NCBI RefSeq assembly: GCF_006345805.1
Contig: NC_043000.1
Coordinates: 153,884,001 to 153,948,000, forward strand
Length of the DNA stretch: 64,000 nt
Origin: Octopus sinensis
Lineage: Eukaryota
Direction of reading: 5' to 3'
Shown: in pieces, positions 1-13,324 of the stretch
Position numbering within the stretch: position 1 is the first letter of the stretch
Layout: each line of letters starts with the position of its first letter
Notes under the pieces: model-generated
The model's database searches: none
What the model saw: the letters and a program-made list of their open reading frames with translations, nothing else
Told to the model about the DNA's origin: nothing
Position numbers and translations under genes: made by a program

Positions 1-328
1 CAACTGAAATTCCTGGGATATATATTAGTCGCGGAGTATAGTAGAGTAAATAGAACATAAGGCGTTGCATTTATTCCTTCGTTCCGGTCGTTTCAAGTAT
101 ACTTGGTTCAGATCTACCATGGATATAATATGATTATAAATAGAAATCATAACGTGATTCAGCAACGATATTTAGGAGTGTAACTTATTTGATATCGTCA
201 GATATCATATAAATTTGTGCAAGGTGCCTGCAAGACATTAGGCTGTAATCTCTACAGGTAACATAAATTTATATATCCGCCATTGTGCGTACGTCAGCTA
301 TATATGCATTTCTTCTCCAGATATATAA

Positions 329-379
<51 letters not shown>

Positions 380-384
<5 letters not shown>

Positions 385-746
385 GTGTCTCTTCTATCTT
401 TTAATTATTATAAATCTTCCACTGAGGCGGGAGCCGTTTTCCATCAAAGAGACAAGGCTCCATCTTTGGGATGTGGTTAACAACGACAAATTCACATTTG
501 GAACTTGAGAAAAGTCTTGCATATTTTTACTATTCCACTCACAGATTGATCTTGTAAAGTACGAATTAGCCGGTCATTTTCTCTTTCTGAAAATCCCAGT
601 TTATCCAGATTCTCCTTTAAGCATTTACTAACAAAACTTGGCGCTCTAATTATTATTGGTATGAGTATGAATTTATAGTCTGGATATAGAAGCTGGAGGT
701 TTGGAAGCAGTTGTCCATAGACATCCTCCTTTTCTTTGATTTTCAA
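380..746 (-). mobile_element. 3' fragment of an RLE-type non-LTR retrotransposon (R4/Dong-like C-terminus plus 3' UTR)
   Basis: ORF 492-746 reads KEKEDVYGQLL...FILIPIIIRA...VSGIVKICKTFLKF, the typical end of the restriction-like endonuclease region. Flanked by (TA)n and (CATA)n. Confidence 0.65.
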
Positions 747-2384
747 AAAGATATGTATCTCTTTTTAAGCTTTAAAGAAAATTTTGGGGAAATATTGTAA
801 GCGTACTGAGAATTTTCTTTCAATTTCATACATACATACATACATACATACATACATACATACATACATACATACATACATACATGTGTGTGGAGGGAAG
901 AGAGAGAGAGGTTACTTGTGAGGTCTCTAATGGAATCCAGTACAACCTGTTACATGATCGGTTCACGGGGACTAAACCGGCACCTCCACTAGACATGTCT
1001 GGAGAGACCAGTTGCTAGTAATTCAGCAGGACTAAAAACTAGACCTGATAAAAGGACGGATGAACCTATTGTAGTTTCAATAACTACCTAGCAACATCGC
1101 TGGCCCTCAGAAATTCCGGGTTGGTGTCCGGCGTGCTGGAAGACTACTGGGAGTAAAGCACTTCTTAAAGTATGTCTCTTGAAGGTCACTCTGACATAAA
1201 ACTAGATACGCAGGGAATGACATTGAAATTTTGGGAATCATATTCATGGGTTTGAGGTCATGGGGCTCCCACATTTTTGAGCCTGCGACCATATTAGCAC
1301 TAGATATCTTACCCTGGCTTGTCTCTGGATCATGTCAGTAGGGTGGGGAATGTTTGTGAGGTGCTTGCTGTCAGCCTTCCATCTTACCTCTATCCTACTC
1401 AACGCAAGTGACATACTTCATGTCGCCTATTACACTAACATTTTCCTTGTAAGAATGAAAGAAAAATTTGAAAAGCGAGAAATAGCGAAACCTGTATTCT
1501 GGCAGCTGTGGATATTATCTGTTCTGTTTACAATATAACTGTCAAACTATATTTACGTCTACGTAAAGGTGAAGTCGGTTAGTTCACTTCTATATGGTCA
1601 TTCAACCTTCTGCAAAATGTAGCCAAGTGCTCATTAAATCAAACTTGACTATCTTAAACAGTGAATATAATGGACATACCACAACAAACAAGTTAACTTC
1701 GAGCTCAATCGCTGGGACTCTACGGCTGCTCGAGTACACTCTAGTGCCTTAATTTACGATGCGCATGACAATTTATTCCTACACATCCAGAATAAGGTAT
1801 TACATGTGTTTATGTATGTATGCATGTATGTTATGTACATATACATACATACATATATATGTATACATATATATAAAGAGAGAGAGGGAGAGAGAAAGAG
1901 ACAGGGAAAGAGAGAGATAGACACACATTTATATACACACATACAAATACACGTTTTACTGGTTACACGGTAATTTTCCTTCTTTCTTACTCCTAATCCT
2001 CTCTATATGTCTATTCAACTACCATTGTATCTACCCTAACCCTTAGTGTTTCTATTGCTTTCTCTACCCCCCTCTCTCCCCCTCTCTCTCCCCTACTTCA
2101 ATCTATTTTCTCTTATACTTCTTCACTGTTCCTCAATTTTATCAGTCTGAAAGCAAATATTTTCTCCAAAATATTTTCCTTATATTCGACATTACCACTA
2201 GACCACCACATGTATACCCTACTGCCAAGCCTCACACATTCATTCCCACCACCAAAAAATATGAACAAAACATATCTAGCTCTATCATCATCACAATTTA
2301 CTCACATCAATTTTAAACTACAACCACTAAATCCGCTTCTAAACATTCTTTCATCTCTCTCTCTAATTTATCTAACTTGCTTCC

Positions 2385-2421
2385 TTGCAAGGTAGCTGAC
2401 TCCCTAATGTTTCTCTTTCCT

Positions 2422-2468
<47 letters not shown>

Positions 2469-2667
2469 CTCTTTCTTTCTTTCTATATCTATGTACATAT
2501 ACGCATGTGTCTGTATGCTTGTGTATGTGAGTATAGTGTGTGCATATATGAATTATGTTTATGTACATGTAAGTGTTTGTCTATATATATATATATATAT
2601 ATATAGATAGATAGATAGATAGATATATATATATATATAGATAGATAATATATAGATAGATAAATAT

Positions 2668-2698
<31 letters not shown>

Positions 2699-2713
2699 TA
2701 TATATAGATATAT

Positions 2714-2751
<38 letters not shown>

Positions 2752-2774
2752 GGATAGATAGATAGATAGGTAGG

Positions 2775-2862
<88 letters not shown>

Positions 2863-2880
2863 GTAGATAGATAGATATTA
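2385..2880. repeat. Compound microsatellite (TTTC)n/(TA)n/(GATA)n
   Basis: Directly visible tandem units. Confidence 0.95.
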
Positions 2881-3292
2881 ATAAAGCAAAAGAGGAAATA
2901 CAAGGTTTTTACGAAAGAATGAGATGAAAGATGGAGAATGTGTGTTGTTATACAAGTCAAAATGTCTGACTTGCGGAAAATGTGCTAAAAGGAACAATGT
3001 ATTAAATATTAGATTAAGCGCCGTTTAATTTCACGCCAACTTCTATCAGACAGCAGTAAAAGTATAAGCTAGCTTGATTAATTCATAACGTCAAACACTG
3101 AATTATTTGGATTTTTACAGAAATACTTGCCAGGAAGGTTTTTTTTTTTTTTAAAATAAATAACTGTCAAAAATAGAAATATTGTTGCGCATTTTGCAGT
3201 TCTTCAGAGCATTGATAGGAAGTTCAATTCCTACATGCAGCGGATAAATTGCTATTATTATTATTACTATTATCATTATTATTATTATTATA

Positions 3293-3373
<81 letters not shown>

Positions 3374-3531
3374 TAGTTTTATTTTTATAGCGTGCTTTCA
3401 CTTCACTACCGAGCGCAGCTCTGTGTGCCTTAGGTATGTGCTGTAATTTGTTGTGATGCTCTGATGGTTATTGTATGGAAAGTGTTCTGCGTAGGATGTG
3501 TGCAGTGCCTAGTAGTGCAATTTTCTGTATG

Positions 3532-4248
3532 TTATATGTGTTTGTAAGTCCTGGTGTTTTTGTTATGTATTTGTCTGAATATTTTTTTTATCATGCCTAA
3601 TGCACCTACTATGATAGGAATTGTTTCTGTTTTCAGGTTCCACATTCTAGTTATCTCTATTTCCAGGTCTTTGTATTTTGAAAGTTTCTCCATTTCTTTT
3701 AGAGACACGTTGTCATCTGCCGGTATTGATACATCAATTAGAAAGCATTTTTTTTCTTCATGATCTCTGACAACTATATCTGGTCTATTGGCCTTAATTT
3801 CTCTATCTGTGTGTATCGGCATATCCCAGAGTATGGTTGCTTTCTCGTTTTCTGTGACCTTTTCTGGTGTGTGCCTATACCATCTTTTTTCTGTTGTTAT
3901 TCCATAATGTTGGCATAGCTTCCAATGTATGTATGTTCCAACTCTGTCATGTCTGTGAATATATTCCTTCTTAGCCAGGACTGGGCAGCTAGAGATAATA
4001 TGATTTATTGTTTCTTGTCCATCTCCACATATTCTGCAGTTACTTGTAATATTTCTTTTCATTACATGTTTTTGGTAATTTCTGGTGGGGAGGCTTTGGT
4101 CTTGTGCTGCAATTAAAAATCCCTCTGTTTCTGCTTTGAGTCCTGAGCTTCTCAACCATTGCTGGGATTTTTCTTTGTCTATTTCTTTTGCGTTTAGTTT
4201 AGTGCAGTATTTACCATGAAGGGGCTTTTCTTGCCATCGTTTTATCAT
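3532..4248 (-). CDS. Zinc finger plus restriction-like endonuclease segment of the same LINE (frameshifted from RT)
   Basis: CRICGDGQETINHIISSC, RHDRVG, NRPDIVV, FLIDVSIP, KLSKYKDL. A one-base frameshift near 4255 separates it from RT. Confidence 0.9.
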   Translation of the reverse strand: MIKRWQEKPLHGKYCTKLNAKEIDKEKSQQWLRSSGLKAETEGFLIAAQDQSLPTRNYQKHVMKRNITSNCRICGDGQETINHIISSCPVLAKKEYIHRHDRVGTYIHWKLCQHYGITTEKRWYRHTPEKVTENEKATILWDMPIHTDREIKANRPDIVVRDHEEKKCFLIDVSIPADDNVSLKEMEKLSKYKDLEIEITRMWNLKTETIPIIVGALGMIKKIFRQIHNKNTRTYKHI

Positions 4249-5693
4249 GGCTCGTTGTCTATTTTTAGTTTGGATTTCATTTGTTTTATAGCTTTTGTTG
4301 TTTCTTCATCATCTTCTTCTTCTTCTATGTGTTTATTAGGTGGTATGATTTCTTGTTTGTATTTGTCAGCTTCCTTAAATACTGAGAACAGTTTTTTGTT
4401 TTGCTCGTGTTTTGCTGCTATCTGGATCAGTTTTCCTTCCTTCTGAAGTAGGTATTTTTGCAGTCCTATGGTGGTTATTTTATAGTAGTTTTCCAGCTGT
4501 ATAAGGCCTCTACCACCTTCTATACGTTGTATATATAGTCTTTCTATGTCAGATTTTGGGTGATGCATCCTAGATCCTGTCAGTATTTTTCTTGTTTTCC
4601 TATCTATTTTGGACAGTTCATTTCGTGTCCAGTTAAGGATATTGTAGCTGTAACTTATTACTGGGACAGCTAAAGTGTTGATACCTATTATCTTGTTTTT
4701 AGCATTGAGCTCTGTTTTTAGTATTGATCTAACTCGTCTATAATATTCTTTTTTTATTTTCTCTTTCATTTGTGTGTGTTGTGTCTTATCTAGTTCATGG
4801 ATTCCTAAGTATTTGTAAGTTTGGCTTTGGTCTAATTCTTTTATTTCATTGGTTTTATCTAGTGTGATGTTGTTACTCTTAACTAGTTTTCCTCTTTTCA
4901 TGGTTACTTTGGCGCATTTTTCTAATCCAAATTTCATATCTATTTCTTTGGTAAATCCATGAACTGTCTTTAATAGTGTTTCCATCTGTTTGTCATTTGC
5001 AGCGTATAGTTTTAGGTCATCCATATATAAAAGGTGGCTGATCGTTTTGCCGTAACATTTATATCCGCATCCAGTTCTATTTAGCATATCAGATAGAGGT
5101 GACAGTGCCAAGCAGAAAAGGAGTGGAGAGAGCGTGTCTCCCTGGAATATTCCTCTTCTAATGGGGATGTCTTTGGTTTTCATGAGTCCCTCTTTTGTTT
5201 GGAGGTGTAGGACTGTTTGCCATTTATTCATTGAGTGCTCTATGAATTTTATGATTGTTGGTGCTACTTTGTTAATGGCTAGTGTTTCGCGGATCCATGT
5301 GTGGGGGATGCTATCAAACGCCTTTTTGTAGTCAATCCAGGCCATACTGAGGCCTTTCTTCTTTCTGTGGCTGTCTTCAGTTACGGCTTTATTAATCATT
5401 AGTTGATCTTTACAGCCATATGAGCCCTTGCGGCATCCTTTCTGCTCTTCTGGGAACAGTTTGTTTTCGTCCAGGTGCTTGTTCAGCCTTTGCGATATCA
5501 CTGCAGTAAATGCCTTGAACATAGTAGGGAGGCAGGTTATTGGTCTGTAGTTTTCTGGTTTTGTTGTTTCATTTGATTTGGGAATTAAGATGGTTTTCCC
5601 CTTCGTGAGCCATTCAGGCATTGTCTCTGGCTCTGCTAGTATGCTGTTAAAGTTTTCAGCCAGCTTTTTGTGCATTCCTGTTAGATATTTCAA
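4245..5693 (-). CDS. Reverse transcriptase segment of the Dong-like LINE
   Basis: Motifs NYRPITCLPT, EQKGCRKG, WIDYKKAFDS, RGIFQGDTLSPLLF, HLLYMDDLKLY, KYLG. The track start codon is TTG, not a true start. Confidence 0.9.
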   Translation of the reverse strand: MKYLTGMHKKLAENFNSILAEPETMPEWLTKGKTILIPKSNETTKPENYRPITCLPTMFKAFTAVISQRLNKHLDENKLFPEEQKGCRKGSYGCKDQLMINKAVTEDSHRKKKGLSMAWIDYKKAFDSIPHTWIRETLAINKVAPTIIKFIEHSMNKWQTVLHLQTKEGLMKTKDIPIRRGIFQGDTLSPLLFCLALSPLSDMLNRTGCGYKCYGKTISHLLYMDDLKLYAANDKQMETLLKTVHGFTKEIDMKFGLEKCAKVTMKRGKLVKSNNITLDKTNEIKELDQSQTYKYLGIHELDKTQHTQMKEKIKKEYYRRVRSILKTELNAKNKIIGINTLAVPVISYSYNILNWTRNELSKIDRKTRKILTGSRMHHPKSDIERLYIQRIEGGRGLIQLENYYKITTIGLQKYLLQKEGKLIQIAAKHEQNKKLFSVFKEADKYKQEIIPPNKHIEEEEDDEETTKAIKQMKSKLKIDNEP

Positions 5694-5967
5694 CCAGAAG
5701 TTGGGGATCTTGTCATGCCCAGGTGCCTTTCAGTTGCTTAGTTTTTGCAGTGCCTGGGTGACCTCTTCAGTTGTTATGGGGGTCCAAGTTGTTCAGATGC
5801 CGAGTTTGTTATTTTCATACTCCTTTTTTTTGGCTGTTCGTTCGCCGACCATATTTCTCTCCAGAATTCTTCCAATTCTTCTGCCGTTGGTGCTGCAGTG
5901 ACTTCTATTTTATTTTTGCCCAGTTCTTGGTAGAACTTTTTGGGGTCGGAGGTGAACTTTTTGTTCT

Positions 5968-6105
5968 GTTCAAAGAAGCGTTGGCGTTTCGTTCAAAGAA
6001 GCGTTGGCGTTTCGTTCAAAGAAGCGTTGGCGTTTCGTTCAAAGAAGCGTTGGCGTTTCGTTCAAAGAAGCGTTGGCGTTTCGTTCAAAGAAGCGTTGGC
6101 GTTTC
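5968..6105. repeat. Six perfect tandem copies of the 23-bp unit GTTCAAAGAAGCGTTGGCGTTTC at the LINE 5' junction
   Basis: Units start at 5968, 5991, 6014, 6037, 6060 and 6083. Confidence 0.97.
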
Positions 6106-6120
6106 TTCTTCTTCTTCTTC

Positions 6121-6177
<57 letters not shown>

Positions 6178-6178
<1 letters not shown>

Positions 6179-6590
6179 GACGATGAACTGGCAGAGTCTT
6201 TAGCACGCTGGACAAAATGTCGGAACGTTTTGATTTCAAATTCCGCCGAGTTAGACTTTGCCTTTCATCCTTTCGTGGTCGATCAGTTAAGTGCCAGTTG
6301 AGTGCTGTGGTCGTTATGATATCTCTCCCCTACATTTCAGGCCTTGTGCCTATAGTAGAAAGGATTATTATAATGGCGATCTGGTAGGATCGTTGTCATG
6401 TGGATCAAAATACTTATAGACATTTCGTCCGTCTCTACGTTCCGTGTTCAAATTCCGCTGAGGCCGACTTTGCCTGTCATCTTTTCGGGATCGATAAACT
6501 AAGTACTAGTGAAACAGCGGGATCGATGTAATCGACTATCACCCTCTCTTCAAATTCCAGGCTTTGTGCCTATAGTAGGAAGGATATTGT
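6178..6590 (+). mobile_element. Two diverged S2-family SINE copies with a CCTTGTGCCTATAGTAG..GGATTATT tail
   Basis: CTGGCAGA head, TTCAAATTCCGCCGAG B-box-like motif, GACTTTGCCTTTCATCC body. Similar to copies at 36535 and 51088. Confidence 0.75.
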
Positions 6591-6599
6591 TCTTCTTCT

Positions 6600-7260
<661 letters not shown>

Positions 7261-7774
7261 TCATCATAATCCTTATTCAGTGAGAGAGCAGCGCATGCTA
7301 TCAAAGTGACACCGGGCTAAAATATACGAGGCCCAGTATACCCATCATGACTACTCGTCTGATCAGAGTACACCAGGCACATGCATCACAACCATGCGTG
7401 CACGACATAGTGATCTCATATCAAGATAAACAGCGCATGATCTTGAAGGTGGGCCCAGTTAAACTTTTTTCAGGTCCAATAGGCTATCCTGTTCAAACGG
7501 TCCTTGAATAAGGGTTGTCTAAGTGTGTTGAACAGAACACCCATGTTTCCAAAGGTGAATTATTCAAGCCCCAGAGAATCCCTCTTAACACATGGCTATG
7601 ATGCTCCCCCATTACTCTGCTCGTGAGTAAAAATGCATATGTCGTCAGCCACTAAGAGACATGCTCAACTTGTTAAGGTCAAGCAACTGGCAAGCAAATC
7701 TGTGGTATTGAGCAGAATATTTACTGTAGCTAATCTTTTATATCATAGCAAAACCCACAACTGTTTTTGGACAC

Positions 7775-8557
7775 CTGTAAAAAATTGGAAAAGTCAAGAA
7801 AATGGATAGGTTTGTTCCACACCAACTAAACGAGATTAAAAAACAAACAGTCGCCTCTAAGTGTATTCCTTATTGCTTTCTTGACTGGAAAAATATCATT
7901 TTTGCGTCAAATCATTACTTGTGATGAGAAATGGGTACTCGTTGACAACGGCAGGAGAACAGGACAGTGATTAGATGAAGGAGAGTCACCTAAACACTAC
8001 CCAAACCCACCATTTCCCCCTAAAAGTTAGTGGTTACTATATGGTGATCTGCGAAGGGAGTTATTCATTTTTTAAACAAGGAAAAATGGTTACAGCAACA
8101 TCGTATTGCCAGAAAATTGATTGTATGCATGAGAATTTGAAAAAGAAGCAACCCAGACTAGTGAATAGAGACGGCCCAATTTTGCTCTACGGTAATGCAC
8201 GTCCTCACACGCCTCAAGCTACGGTCCAATAGTTGCAGAACCTGAATTATGAGATTTTGCAACATCCTCCCTATTTCCCTGATATCTCTCCTACTGATCA
8301 TCACTTATTTAAGCATTTTGAGCTTTTCATAAGCAATAAAACATTCTTAAATAGAGAAGAGGTATTTGAAGCATTCGGACAGTTTATCACAGAAAAAGAT
8401 GAATTTTTTTTAAAGATGGAATACATTACATAGAGAAACTTTGGCTAAACGTCATAAATGAACATGGAACATATTTTGACTAAATAAATCAGTTCTCTAA
8501 CACTTCTGAAACATTTTATTGTTACCTTTCAACATTTCATGTGAAACAACTTAATAT
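7775..8557 (+). mobile_element. Degraded mariner (D,D34D) transposon
   Basis: FVPHQL, QIITCDEKW, RLVNRDGPILLYGNARPH (second catalytic D mutated), HPPYFPDISPTDHHLF. Multiple stops and frameshifts. Confidence 0.88.
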
Positions 8558-8572
8558 ATATGTGTATGTATA

Positions 8573-8611
<39 letters not shown>

Positions 8612-8643
8612 ATATATGTGTGTCTGTCTGTGTGTGTGTGTGA

Positions 8644-9122
<479 letters not shown>

Positions 9123-9167
9123 AAGAATAGCCCGTGAGGGAAATTATACATAGAAGAATTATACTTC

Positions 9168-9230
<63 letters not shown>

Positions 9231-9409
9231 AAAAAATAAGTTCAAAAGTGAACAATTCAAACTTTTTGAAAGGTCTCAAAAGAGAGAAACACTGATTCTA
9301 ATAAATATTCATCATATTCAAAAAAAAACAGCCAGAGCAAATAATAAGAATATGAAAATAGTAGTTGAAAAATATCTTTATGGGTATAAATATACCATAA
9401 AAAAAATTA

Positions 9410-9646
9410 TTAAAAAATGGTGGAGAAAAAGATGTTGAATTTGGATTTAATACAAAATAACATTCAATACATACGCGCGTTTCAAAGGACAATACAAATA
9501 TGAAAGAACTTTCCTTAAGACACCGGATAAAGGCTGAAGGGTATATCAGCCGAAACGTTTTGTTAACAACAAACAAGATGAGGACAAATATCTGTCAAAT
9601 GTAAATAATGTACATAATTCCTCATCTCTTAAATATAGAACTGTAA
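9410..9646 (+). mobile_element. Probable Penelope-like pseudo-LTR fragment with a decayed hammerhead motif (9520-9563)
   Basis: ACAC-CGGATAA-A-GGCTGA..TCAGCC-GAAA-CGTT has hammerhead layout with two core substitutions. Confidence 0.5.
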
Positions 9647-11670
9647 ATACCACAGGTATTTTGTACCTTGCTGTACCCCCAATATATTTTTAACAGCTAA
9701 CAATTTAAACGAAGCTATTGCATGTTATCCAATGTACAACTACAGCTTAGCTTCAAAAGCCGTTTTTCCGCCAGATTTCTACGTCCAGGAAAGATGAAGA
9801 AACAACGCTTAATTTTCTTGCATTTCTACGAATATTGAAAGTCCAAGATCAAGACTATTTAATGTTATAAACGTGAAGCTCTGCGATCACTTTCTATATA
9901 ATAGGTTTTTGTTTTGCTTTGGGGGTTGGGTTTTGTCGTAAAACGAAAAATACCTACGCACATTCTTTTAACACTCTATGCATATTACAGACGTTTTAAT
10001 TACTGGATAATCGAACTTGTTATTTTCCCTATATTCTTACTATATATCAATCTAAACATACAAACTACGCTCTATCGAAGTACTTTTGAATCAATGTACA
10101 AAACAATTTGGAGGGGCTTATTTTCTTTTGACACGTAGGAAATATAGGGGAAACTGATTTGATTCATAATTAATATTCATTTTCCATTAATTTCCCACAA
10201 AGAGTGAACTTTTACTTTCGAGCAAACCACCATCTTTCTAGATGAAGTGACAAATCAATCTACAATTGTTGACTCGTTTCTTTTTATGCCTGTTTTTTTT
10301 TCCCCTTTTTTTCTCTTTCATTCAACAGACACTTTTCTGGTTAAATAAACATTCTTTTTATAGAACAATTAGCTTGAGTATATTTTTACGTTATCGGAGA
10401 GCAACGTATTCTTGAAAAATTATTAGAAATTTTCTGCACTGTGCAATACAACCTTGTTTATTACAACTCCGAAATTTTACATCTGTGTTCAAACTCACTG
10501 TTACCACTACGATAACACTACCTATGTCAGATTTCTTTCAGTTTCTTTTTTGATTTTTAAAAAATTTTTATTCAGCCGTTTTTTTTATAGAACTATTTGT
10601 CTGTAGTTAAAAATCCGGCTCACTATCGTCCGCAGTTTGAAGCTCATTCTCCTGGCGCATGATATAACGTTTGAAGCCACAATTTTCGTCTCTGTTACCG
10701 CCTGGCTTTCAGCCAGAAATAGCATTGCTAACTACAATTCTGAAGTTACCAGTTATGCAGACGTTGACCAATTCCACAAGGATACAGAAGTACCATCATG
10801 TCTTATACAAAAAGGTCCCAGGACAGAACCAACGACAAATATTTAATCACCTATTTTCAGAAAACGGGAAAAAAACATGAAAATCAATAGAATTACGTTT
10901 CAACTGCCGTTTTTGTATGTAAACAGGATATGCCTCGAACAGCAATTTCACGTCCCGTTAATTATTCCCAGCAACAGAACAATTTACTTTTCGTTCTTTT
11001 TATTTTATTTCTGTACATTCTAATTAATCATTTCAACTTTTAAACTATAATTAATCATTCAATTTTTAAAACTATTTCAAACATGTATATTTCAAGTCTA
11101 CTACCAACAACACGTATTTCCTTTCTCATAGATGGATTATCACATTAAATGTTGATTTCTTTTACGCAGTCACAGACGTCATACACATTGACTCAGATGT
11201 ACAATACACGTTGAAAGTTTACACCTCACTTATTCGTTATTTACAGCAGGTAATGTCATGAAAGTAAGTCATAATTATGTTTTTATACTACTGTTATCAC
11301 AGTCGCTTTCACACTTCTCCTGATTCATTTACATGATAGCACATGCCATGTTCATTTCCCAGAAGCAAACTTGTACGAAAGCCCGTCATGTGGACCTGCT
11401 TGCATACGTATAGATACATATGCCATGGAGACGTGTACCCTTAAAAAAATCAGCATGACGTCACCTTTCACAATGCTCCACAATTGAAATACAAGCGCAA
11501 AACATCTTATAGACATATACAGTATTTATCCCTACATAATTTCACTCACAAAAATTGTGTAGATTCAAAACACTTAATAATGACCGAGATCACGTGATAT
11601 ACATATATATGTATTGTGTGTGTAAGTATGTATGTGTATATATATATTATAATATTATATATATATAATA

Positions 11671-11701
<31 letters not shown>

Positions 11702-11721
11702 ACATACATATATATATATAC

Positions 11722-12620
11722 GTTTAAATATTTGTTGTGCAAAATACCTGATCCACCGGAACTCAGCCATTGCGGACAATGCCAAATTCAATATTTTGAT
11801 GGCAGACCTCGTCAGAATAATGAGAAATGTGTCACGCATGTGCGAGCCTACAGAATTAAAGAGACACATACAGTATTTCATTCACCGCATGCAGTTCTCA
11901 GGTTACAGCCATAAAGAAAGGATCAGAGTATACAAAGGAGCCATGAAGAAATTTGATAATATATTATGTAATGATAGGAATGGGATTTGCCCACTCTATA
12001 GGAACAAGTCATGAACACTATAGAAAGGACAAAAAGAAAATAGGAAGGCCAACTCTTGGTATGATAGCCATAAATACCAGAGTGTCATGTTCGTTGACAC
12101 CACCCCTGGAGGTGAACTAGCGTACCGCTTTAGAAGGACCCTAGATAAACTTAAACTAAGAATTATGGTTGTTGAAAAGCCAGGCAACCCTATCAGATCT
12201 ATAATTGGTAGAAGCTATCCTTTTAGTAGAACTCTCTGTACGGATAACTATTGCACTGTATGTAGATTTAGCCCACAAACGAACTGTAAAGCCAGAAATG
12301 TGGTCTATAGTATAAGATGTATAGAGGGACGATGCAGTAACAAGACAGTAACATACGTAGGGGAAACTGCAAGAAGCATTGGTGAGCGGGTGAATGAACA
12401 TTGGAGACAACTCAAGGAAGGTAAAAGCGCATCGATTCTGTACCAACACGCCGAACAAGAACACGGGGGATCAATCAATAACATAGAGATTAAGATATTG
12501 TCCACACATAGAACAGATGCAACAATTAGACAAATTACAGAAGCTACACATATAATAGAAAATAAACCTAGCCTGAATAGAAAACTAGAATGGAGCAATA
12601 GCGCACACCACAACATATGA
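11722..12620 (+). mobile_element. Penelope-like element fragment: RT thumb, linker and GIY-YIG endonuclease
   Basis: ORFs 11796-12014 and 12087-12620 are in the same frame, separated by stops. Cys-rich linker CTDNYCTVC, then NVVYSIRC...YVGETARSIGERVNEH...EATHI..KPSLN. Confidence 0.88.
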
Positions 12621-13324
12621 CAATGGTGGATCCTGCAAACATAATAAATACACAGGTAATGAAAGAAATAAAAATGAATATCTATATATATGTATATGTG
12701 TATATATGTGTATATGTATATGTGTATATTGTGTGTATATATGTATATATATATATGTGTATATGTATGTATATAATATGTATATTCTTTTTATTTATTT
12801 ATTTATTTATTTTTTTTTCGATTAGATTTATTATTATTATACTAATATGTTGTTATACATACATACAAGCATATGTAATGATAATAATGGGTGGATGTAA
12901 ACACATGAACAAAATTAGAACAAAAGCAACAACAACAAAAACAAAATACAAATTACAAGAATGTATATAACCAGAAGATACAAAATATTACAGGCATCCC
13001 CCCACACACACACTAAATAAACATAGACGCACATAGAGATATAAGCATGCGCAAATGAAGACATACAATAGAAATACAAAATGGCTGACGGTTAGTAAGG
13101 AGAGACACAAGTAAGTGAGAAGAAAACAAAGGACCACTGATGCGGTCACAGGAGTGTGACGAAAGAACTTTGCCGAAATAAGATTAAGATTAATGTATAA
13201 AAAATAATATCACTGAAGCAAAATAACACCAAATAATAGTGCGTGTGTTTTTATTGGCTAAATGGCAATATGACCATTCCGAAATTAAACAATATATATA
13301 TATATATATATGTATATAATACAT

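Larger units (their letters stand above)
3371..6105 (-). mobile_element. R4/Dong-like non-LTR retrotransposon, 5'-truncated, nearly intact, embedded in (TAA)n
   Basis: RT followed by a CCHC finger and RLE. Both ends abut (ATT)n tracts (3250-3370 and 6106-6177). The coding frame extends to ~5990 (KRQRFFEQNKKF...FYQELGK) with in-frame stops at 5730-5732 and 5793-5795. Confidence 0.92.

Noticed and set aside
200-262. Possible small exon ending CTACAG|GTAACA (ISYKFVQGACKTLGCNLY)
   Set aside because: Weak acceptor, no recognised homology, and not phase-compatible with the 9697 candidate.
5968-6105. CRISPR-like array
   Set aside because: The repeats are contiguous with no spacers, the sequence derives from the LINE ORF, and there are no cas genes.
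11455-11462. CRE palindrome TGACGTCA as a regulatory site
   Set aside because: A single 8-mer is expected by chance in 64 kb, and there is no linked gene.
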